In this document: in pieces, positions 11,600-20,000 of the stretch
Layout: the number at the start of each line of letters is the position of its first letter
How positions within the stretch are numbered: the first letter of the stretch is position 1
NCBI GenBank assembly: GCA_013265495.1
Contig: MU058463.1
Span: forward strand, 3,182,445 to 3,202,444
Reading direction: 5' to 3'
Source: Vicugna vicugna
Taxonomy: Eukaryota
DNA length: 20,000 nucleotides
Notes under the pieces: generated by a model
What the model was told of the DNA's origin: nothing
Database searches by the model: none
What the model saw: only the letters and a program-made list of their open reading frames with translations
Program-made: the position numbers and the translations under genes

Positions 11600-12224
11600 T
11601 CTGAGAGTCACCAGGGTCTAGCTCGATGTCTCAGAGGAGCATTACAGAGTACGCACAACATTCAGTTCTGCACAGCACAGGTAAGGGAGTAAATGAATGG
11701 ATGAAATAAGCTCTTGATAAATATTTAAATGAATGAATTAAAACACTAGTGAAATATTTGTTTCTGACAACTATATGTACATTAGCAACAAATCTAAGAA
11801 TTTTTAAAACATTATTTTGAAAGGTGATCTTTCCATATTATAACAGAGAATCTATACAGTCTTTCAACAGTGATTCAACAGTGATTCTGTGTACCTGGCC
11901 AAAGGTTCATATCCAGCAAACGTGAATATGCTACTTGCTGTCATTTGAAATGCTTATTTACCAGGCTTTAAGCCATTAACTGCCAGCCCCTTCCAGCCAT
12001 TCTGCGGGAGCTCACTGTTCTCGGTTCATTTAGCTTCTAAGCCGCAGATGAGTATGATCGCTGACCCCGTCTACCGATCAATATGACCGGTCACGCTGTA
12101 AACTCAGACTAAATGCGGAAGAAACATCTCTGCCCTGGGGAGGACAGGAAGGCTATGAGAAGGGAGAAGAGCGGGGCGGGGGGGTGGGGGAAGAGCATTT
12201 CACTTCCCTATGGCAGATTGCAAA

Positions 12225-12295
12225 CACAAATAAGGAAGAGTTCCTGCCCTCAGGGAGCTTTCCACTCACTAGCAGAGAAACAGATACAACAAACT
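12225..12295 (-). mobile_element. L2 3' fragment, reverse orientation
   Basis: agttcctgccctcagggagctttccactcactagcagagaaacagata resembles antisense L2 (gtccctgccctcaaggagcttacagtctagtggggagacaga). Confidence 0.65.
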
Positions 12296-13030
12296 ATTGC
12301 CAGCCTCCCAGATGCTAAGATATCCTGCTCCAGTTTACTTTCTCAGTTGTCTTCACTTTGTTCCTTCCTGTTCATCCCACTGTTACTGAGTCCTTTAGCC
12401 CATTCCCACTCCTCCATCATTACCAGTCTCAAGCAATGATTCTGAATTTTGTAAAAATAAACCAGACCCCCTTCTCACAGATTTGTTAAGGAGCTCTATT
12501 CAGACCATTGCTTAACATGTGAAGCCCAGGGTAACAAGCAGAATTTCTTCTGGCAAGAAAATGGGTTTTAAAGTCTCAGCCAGTCTTACTCGTGGGAGGA
12601 AATGGAAGAGTTCTGTCACCCACTGTGGAAACAGACCGGGGAGGTCTGATGCTGTCCCTGGATTTCTCGCAGCTTTGCTGCCTCCTGAGATGGAGAAGCT
12701 CTGATCCACCATCATATATCAGACTGTCTAACTTTGTGCTGTTGTGGCAACAACCTCTCAATAAATACTAGATAAAACAGAGGAGACTCATGTGTAACTC
12801 ACAAGGCTTTGGAAGAAAAGTGCTGTTAAGGTTTCCATCTGAGATCAACGTTCATTAGTATGTTCAAAACATAAGGTTTGAATCTGAGAACTAAATATAG
12901 TTCTTATCTGTCATTATCACACTGAAACATTTCCTTCCTGTTGCTGTCCACCAATAATTTCTCATCAGTTCTTTCTCTTGTATAGCTATTTCCTAGCTGC
13001 TAAAGAGATTTATTGAAAGAAGCAGTTAGT

Positions 13031-13318
13031 TGTAAACAATCTTACGGTTACCGGGGGGAAAAGGGGTGGGGAGGGATAAGTTGGGAATTCAAGATTTGCA
13101 AATACTAGCCACTATATATAAAATAGATAAGAAACAAATTTCTTCTGTACAGCACAGGTAACTATATTCAATATCTTGTAGTAACCTATAATGAAAAAGA
13201 ACATGAAAACCAATATATGTATATGTATGACTGAAACATTATGCTGTACACCAGAAATTGACACACTGTAACTGACTATACTTCAATAAAATAAAACAAT
13301 TAATTAAATTTAATATAA
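13031..13318 (+). mobile_element. Severely 5'-truncated L1 (3' UTR only) with perfect 15-bp TSD
   Basis: Aligns by eye with 1992-2245 of the first L1 (ggagggataa, actatatataaaatagataa, tatattcaatatcttgta, tgtacacc). AATAAA and A/T tail present. TSD AAAGAAGCAGTTAGT at 13016-13030 and 13319-13333. Confidence 0.96.
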
Positions 13319-16300
13319 AAAGAAGCAGTTAGTAGAGATAAATAAGGGAAAGGGGTTTTAAAATTTTGGCTTAAATCTTAAATGCCATTCTGTTACATCC
13401 TACTCAACTCGCCTTACAATTACAAGCTGACCTATTTTTCTGGAATGCCCTTGTAAAGGAAACCATTCATTTCCCCCAGTAGCAAGTGTCCCTGCCTTCT
13501 GGGGAGCAGTGTCACCAGGTGCTAGATAACCTAACTGGATGGAATCACAGGGAGCTAAGACCTCAGTGCTGGTGTCTCCTGCATACTGTCCATACCAAGG
13601 GCAGAAAGTGAGAAGAAGATGAAAGGAAAGAGAAACATCACGTTTTAAACAGTGGCTAGGGATTTGAATAATCTCCTTTTATAAGCAAATCCACATAATT
13701 CCACACAATCAAATTGAAACGACAGTGTGAATTAAGATTAAAAAAAATATTTTCTCCTCTTTGGTTCCATACTTAGCGGTAAAGTGGAAATGTCATAATT
13801 ATCTGGTAAATTGGTTCTCTCTATACTAGCAAATTGAACCATTCAGGGGTAGGATGGTTTCTGAATTATCTGGATGGCTTACCCACACTCATCATGAATA
13901 TTTATGAAATCTGAACCTCACTTTGTGCCCTGTAAACACAGCTTGAATTATTCAGATTGTTTGTCTATACTGTAATAAATGGAAAACTCTCCTTGTACCT
14001 GATTTTTAGTATTGAAAAAATGTGCCCAATAATGTTTCGGGTATAAGGACAAAATAAGACAAAGGCATTTACCTCCCTTATTTTAGCACCCCATTAGCCA
14101 TGTTTGTATCTGTGAAATGATTTGTTTATGTTAAACATATATTTTGTGTTTGATGGTTCAACAGCGTTTAACCTACTGCTAGGCTTCAAATCAGTTAAGC
14201 CTTTAAAACATATCAGCGATGGTGTAATTCAATCAGATAGCCTGGCAGGAGATTAATTGGAAACATATGTGACACAGTGGCATCACAAGTGCCTGCCGCA
14301 GAAGAGGGAGGGATTTGCTCTGTGCTGCCCCAGAGCCGTGTGGGCAGAGCAATGGTCAGCGCCTGTGTAAGGCAGCTACACGGTCCCATGGTCAGAGATC
14401 CCAGAAACAAGCTTCAACTGAACATTTTAAAAATTAGGCTGAAAAAAAATAATAAAAACTAGGCTGAATGACACATCATTTTATAATTAAAGAGGCAAGA
14501 AGACTAAACGATCTATGTTATTTTATTCCAAAGCCTAGGTAGTTTGTGGGTGTGCACCACCTATATAAAATTTATATAGACGGACTATATATGCATATAA
14601 TTTGTTTTCTTAGCACTGTGCCTGTGAAATGGCCTTAGCACACCAGTAAAATAAAGCATCGTTTTGTTTTGCAGGTTTTGCACACTTCTGGCAGGGAACT
14701 GGACAGCAGTTAATCTGGTGTGAGTTGTTTTGTTTCTGGTTTTACTACCATGAGATTAATTGTTTAGATGATTTAAAGAGACAGGGTGCCCTCTTCTTGA
14801 GTTACTTGTGGATGACATTGCAGTTTACGACTAAGGGAGGGGTGCAGCAAGTGGATTCTTTGGGCTCTTCAGTAACACTATAGTAACACTATATTTAAAC
14901 TCTGAAACTTTGAGTTTTAAATAAAGAATGAGTAGACCTAGGTCTATTCAAAAGAGATGCATGTTCAAATTCAAAAGCTGTGTGCTCTCTGCCTTTGCCT
15001 TGCTATATTTGGTGGTGTTAGTTATGGTACTTGTGTTGTAATTATTTATGTTATGTATATGTGATGGGGATTAAAAGAAGAAAAACTTACCCCGTGCAAT
15101 GTGCTGCAGAGCTATATGTGTGTTTGTCGGTCCTACAGGGTCTAGGCTAGAAATGCTGACCCTCGCTGGCTGTGAAAGCAAAGGGTTGCCCAGGTCGCCT
15201 GGTGATATAATTTATAGACGGAATCAGGGAATATCTACCTCTACCCTCCTGAACTTACCCTTTTAAATGCTAATGAGTGATGGGGCTATCATAGTAGTGT
15301 CTGAAAAAGTCTTCAGAAAAGAGAAAAATGCTCTGAAAAGGTGGGAATACACACTCAGGTTATTATGAATTGGAAATAAACTGTCAAATAAACTGTCATC
15401 CCCCTCCCTCAGCACTGTTAAAAGGTTCAAGAGAGTAAAAGAAACAGTGACACTATTCTCTGTTCCTCTTGACTTAATTCTAGGACAGACTGGTACCTTT
15501 CCTGAATCTAAGATCAGGGAGCCAGTGGGGTTAGGCTCTGCTGAGGGGCCACTCCCTGCTTTACAGGAATAAATAATTGGTGCGGGCACAGATTATACAG
15601 GTCACCAAATCTGTGTGCAGAGGAAACACGAGTCATAGAGGAAAATTCACCACATCTGAAATAAGCCTTTCTCAGGCACCTTTTGGTCCTGAGCCTGCTG
15701 ACTAGAGGGGCAGCTGTGGCCCTTTAGGGCACGTGAGATACAGACGAAGTTCCAGCTGTGACCCCTCTTCGTGTACTCCGTGTATCAGAGACCAAGGCAA
15801 AGACTTCCTCATCATTACAGGCCTTCAGCTCTCCTCACAGACTTCCTGCAGAGACCGCCAACACACTTCAGACAAATTCCCAACAGTTTATTTGTCGGAT
15901 ATTTTATTCCAATTGCTTCCTTCTCCTTGCAGAGTACGCAGAAGAACAGCAATATCCCGTCCCCTCTGTACCTCCTAACTGCTGTTTCAAGGGATAATGA
16001 GCAAATTTAGATCTTCATTACAACGTTAGTTTGTACAGCAGACCCTATTTATTTTCTCTACCTTGCTTTTGTAATCACCAGAACAAGAAGACTGACTCTG
16101 AATAAAAGTATTTGTTTGGGGCCAATGTTGCAAAAATATTCCTCGGTTGAAATGGTAGGAAATGCCTACTACTGTTCGGTAGGGAGGGGATGGGAAGCTC
16201 ATGATGTCTCAGCCACATGGAGCATCAATGATTATCCATGCTCAGGTGGCATAGAAAGAAGAATGTTTTTAAGCAAAATCTTTTATCCTTCAATGTTTTG

Positions 16301-16518
16301 AAACAGGAAACAATTATCCCCACTTCTCTTTTTTTCTTTTTGGAGCTGGAATCTCAATTTAAAGTATCACCTTCTAGGACCTCATATAAATCTTATGGAT
16401 AGAGTACACTGTAAATATTTAAGATATGACCTAACAGAAATGCTAAGACAAGAGAAAGTAGGGAGAAAAGGAGGCCTGGAATAATTGAGGCTTAATTTGA
16501 CTCTCATTAGAAATGTTG

Positions 16519-16766
16519 GTTCTAAGGACTTAGGCTGCAGCATGGAGATTAGAGTTAATATGATGTTGTGGCTGAGAGTAGATCTGAAGCATTCTCAACA
16601 CACACACCACACACACACACATACATTAACTATGTGAGATAATGGATGCTTTTTTTTTGTGATCTTGATGATCATTCCACAAGGTATATTTATTTCAGAT
16701 CATCACATTGTGCACTTTAAAAGCATAAATTATATTTGTTAACTATTCCTCAATAAAGTTAAAAAA
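16519..16766 (+). mobile_element. L1MA (L1MA8/9-like) 3' end containing a (CA)n tract
   Basis: cagcatggagattagagttaata, gagagtagatctgaagcattctca(CA)n...taactatgtgagataatggatg, atcatcacattgtgcactttaa and cctcaataaagttaaaaaa. Possible decayed TSD TAGAAATGTTG (16508-16518) / TAGAATGTTG (16769-16778). Confidence 0.85.
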
Positions 16767-17229
16767 TCTAGAATGTTGACATTTACAGAAAGAATGAAAG
16801 CCTCCTGAGATCACAGCAGTCACAGTGACAACATAATCTCTGCAGCTAGCACTTCAGAGTTGGCAGCGCAGTTGCAAATTGTGCAGCCTTAGGAAACTGC
16901 TTTTCAGTGGTTCAGGGAAAAGTGTATATTTCTTAAAATTAAGTAGAATTCTAAAATTCAGAGGGAGAGCTGGGTATTTTAGGGGATAGAGTTCCTCTGG
17001 AAGCAATTTCCTGCTTAATACTGCCATTCTACAAGGTAACTGGCCATCTCTCCTTTTCTTCTGCTCAACCTTAAATGGAAGTGTTCTTGGCTTCTTCCTT
17101 TGGCTTCGTCTCTTCATAATGTATACACATTCTGTTTCTTTGTTCTCCTGACAGCCAAATCTATATGCCCTGCCTGAACATCTCTCACTCACAACAATAT
17201 TTACTAAGTGCAATGTTCACTAAGACCTA

Positions 17230-17556
17230 ATGGTAGATATGAAAAGTAGAATGAAGATTACTCATTCAAAAAAATTCTAGAGGAAAAATTTCCTGATGTA
17301 AAGAAAGACCTGAGAAGCCATCAAAGCTGGGGCTATCTGATGGCCAAAAGGAGGGCTTGAAAAATGTACTGCAACTAGACATTTAGGATGTCAGAATTAC
17401 AAGGAAGAAGATAAACTCCTATCATCCAGAGAGAAAAGAAGTTACCAACAGGCAGATAAAAATGAAGCTGACATAAAATTCCTTATCCATAACTCTTGAT
17501 TACGGAAGAAAAAAAGCTGTGTGTCTAAATTTCTGAAGGAAAATGCTTTTTAAACC
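17230..17556 (+). mobile_element. Very old L1 (L1M/L1ME) ORF1-region remnant
   Basis: attcaaaaaaattctagaggaaaaatttcctgatgtaaagaaagacctga and aaatttctgaaggaaaatgctttttaaacc resemble degenerate L1 ORF1. The similarity appears to resume after 18100 (ggcattttcagacgtgta). Confidence 0.6.
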
Positions 17557-18100
17557 TGGGCAAATTAATGGCCCCCACAGAGGTTCAAAAGGTAATCTCC
17601 AAAACCTGTGAATATGTTACCTTATACAGCAATAAGGATTCTGCAGTTGTAATTACATTCATGGACCTTGAGAAGGGGAGATTACCCTGGACTATCCACA
17701 TGGCTTCCACTTTCTTAGGAGAACTTTCCTGTCTGAATCAGAGAGAGATGTGACCTGGCATTCAGCCCACCATTGCTTGCTATAAAGATGGAAGCAAGGG
17801 GCCAAGAATCGTGAAATGCCATGGTCTCTGGAAACCGGGAACGACCATCAGTTTACTAACAACCAGCAAGAAAATGGGGAACTGGGTCCTGTGAGCACAA
17901 GAAACTGAATTCTGCCAGCAACCTGAATGACAAGGAAATGTTCTCTTCTAGAGACTGCAGAATGGAATGCAGCTCTATTGACACCTTGATTATAGCACAG
18001 TGAGAACCCTGTCGGACTTCTGAACTACAAAGTGGTATAATAAATCAATCTGTGTTGTTTTAGGCCAACTTTGGTCATTTGTTCCATTGGAATTAATACA
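17557..18100 (+). mobile_element. ERVL-MaLR solo LTR (MLT1D-like)
   Basis: taatggccccc...aacctgtgaatatgttacctta, ggaccttgagaaggggagattaccctgga, ccagcaagaaaatgggga, ctgaattctgccagcaacctgaatga, gacaccttgatt, ggacttctga, AATAAA, tgttgttttaggcca and terminal taataCA. Confidence 0.92.
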
Positions 18101-19184
18101 AAATTTACGCCTGGAGCCTGAGTTTGTGTGAAGGACGAGTAAGGCATTTTCAGACGTGTATAGAATCAGGGTATTTGCCTTCCAGTTGCCTTGTCTAAAA
18201 TAGTCATTTGATAGGTGCTTCAGAAAAAAAATACAAAAAGACAAATAACAAGGTTTGATAAACAGTGGAACTAACTCAGCATATGTTAAAAAAAAAATCC
18301 CAGGATGACAGCTGTGCATCAGGCTTGGAAAACCATTATCAGTCCACGTGAAAACACTGACAGTGATTTCCAGGAAACTGTTAAGACAAACAGAATGTAT
18401 TTCTTACAAGAGAGAATAAAGAACAGCTGAAAGAGTTTGGTAATAGTGTGAAAAAATTATGATTTTTCCCAAAACCAAAGAAAACTGAGAGGTGATAAGA
18501 AACTACAAGAAGAAAGCACTCCATAAGAGATGCCATAGCTTATATGAGAAACAGACTTAAATGTGATGCGACATGAAGCAATTCACAGTGCATAAGGAAA
18601 TCCACACAACCATGTTGATGGCCTCCTTCACCCTAGAGTGGTCCAGGGATGCCCTGAGTTGGTAAATCTGTAGAGAAATCCTTGCTCACCACTTGGCTTG
18701 GAAGTGAACACTATTTTACTTAATCCTGATGGTGTAAATATCTGTATTTGGCTTTCAACTTTTAGAATCAGGTACAGACCAGGCAAAGGAGAATTCATTA
18801 TCCTCCCAGAATGGCATTTAAATGTTACCTGTCTTGACAATATAAGGGAAGTATATGTCTGATCGAACTAAGAAGGTGGGGATAAAGGTGGAGAAGGAGG
18901 AGAAAGGGGAATAAGGTGGTAATGTCCCTCCTCCTCCGTGTGAGGCAGGGAGGGGTCAGCACTAATGGATGTGTAACTATCCTAGCCTATGGCAGTAGAG
19001 ACATACTTAAAGACATAAACAGCTACATCTGCAAGGGAGATGAATATAGGGGAAAATGAGGAGACGCTTTTTGTTGTTGTTGGCAACAACTGAGCCCCAT
19101 TTATTTTATTCATTTAATATTATTAGTAGTAATATTATTATTTTGTCTTGTGCGGTTACCACATGCACATTTTGTAAACCACCT

Positions 19185-19375
19185 CTTCACCACTGAACAC
19201 TCAGCTTAAGGTCACCTCCTGTGTGAATCCTCTGTTACAGGTTCAGAGTGAATAGTCTCACTTACCTACCATCTTTGCACTGAACTCTGTTATAATTGGA
19301 ATGATCACCTTCTGAAAATTTTTGTTTACATAGGTTTTCCCTATAAACTTTAAGTTTCTAGAAGGCAGAATTTTT
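19185..19375 (+). mobile_element. L2 3' fragment
   Basis: actcagcttaaggtcacctcctgtgtgaatcct and tttgtttacatagg...ctataaactttaagtttctagaaggcaga match L2 3' motifs. Confidence 0.7.
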
Positions 19376-19414
19376 TAAAAATTTAGTCCACCGCCTGGAT
19401 CATACTAGTCCTCC

Positions 19415-19503
19415 ACCCCTTCTGCCCTCCTTTCTTCCTTTTTTTTTCTTTTTTTTTCTTCCTTTCTTTTTCTTTCCTTCTGTCTCTTTCTTTTATTTTT
19501 TTT
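19415..19503 (+). repeat. Polypyrimidine (T/C) tract, at least partly the expanded poly(A) tail of the adjacent minus-strand L1
   Basis: About 90 nt almost entirely T/C, directly abutting the L1 3' end. Confidence 0.85.
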
Positions 19504-20000
19504 AAACATTTTTTTATTGATTTATAATCATTTTACAATGCTGTGCCAATTCCAGTGTTCAGCACAATTTTTCAGTCATTCATGGACATATACACAATCA
19601 TTGTCACATTTTTTTCTCTGTGAGTTATCATAACATTTTGTGTATATTTCCCTGTGCTATACAGTGTAATCTTGTTTATCTATTCTACAATTTTGAAATC
19701 CCAGTCTATCCCTTCCCACCCTCTACCCCCCTGGTAACCACAAGTCTGTATTCTCTGTCCATCAGACTTTAGATTCCACATATGAGCGATCCCATGTGGT
19801 ATTTTTCTTTCTCTTTCTGGCTTACTTCACTTAGAATGACATTCTCTAGGAGCATCCATGTTGCTGCAAATGGCGTTATGTTGTCGGTTTTTATGGCTGA
19901 GTAGTATCCCATTGTATAAATATACCACCTCTTCTTTAACCAGTCACCTGTTGATGGACATTTAGGCTGTTTCCATGTTTTGGCTATTGTAAATAGTGCT
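19495..20000 (-). mobile_element. Young L1 3' end (camelid L1_Vpa-like), continuing beyond the window
   Basis: Minus-strand 19999-19769 is an uninterrupted frame: ALFTIAKTWKQPKCPSTGDWLKKRWYIYTMGYYSAIKTDNITPFAATWMLLENVILSEVSQKEKEKYHMGSLICGI*, the L1 ORF2p C-terminus. It is followed by a G-rich 3' UTR, AATAAA and an A tail. Confidence 0.96.

Noticed and set aside
16854..17213. Longest ORF in the track (119 aa, minus strand)
   Set aside because: TTG start, no recognisable homology, and no supporting splice or promoter structure.
17568..17753. 61-aa ATG ORF
   Set aside because: Entirely inside the MLT1 LTR.
1..20000. CRISPR array, operon, defence system or other prokaryotic-type system
   Set aside because: No regularly spaced repeat-spacer units and no long ORFs. 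The content is typical of repeat-rich mammalian non-coding DNA.

Overview
AT-rich, CpG-depleted mammalian non-coding DNA (intronic or intergenic), probably from a camelid: the short tRNA-derived SINE at 10184-10305 and the 3' UTR of the young L1 at the right edge resemble, from memory, camelid Vic-1 and L1_Vpa-type elements. I cannot support any host protein-coding gene, RNA gene, CRISPR array or prokaryote-type system. The only recognisable coding sequence is the L1 ORF2p C-terminus, in two copies. Much of the window is layered transposon sequence: ancient MIR and L2 fragments, old L1MC/L1ME/L1MA pieces, a MER45A-like hAT MITE with a perfect 8-bp TSD, an MLT1D-like solo LTR nested in an old L1, and younger L1/SINE insertions with clear TSDs. 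The unique stretches most worth a second look are a CpG-retaining element with a palindrome and G-tract (12.0-12.2 kb), a cluster of tandem duplication, hairpin and palindrome (14.87-14.95 kb), and possible unannotated exons (1.1 kb and 14.7-15.3 kb). I found no convincing novel biological system. Repeat family names are from recall of consensus sequences, not from a database search.
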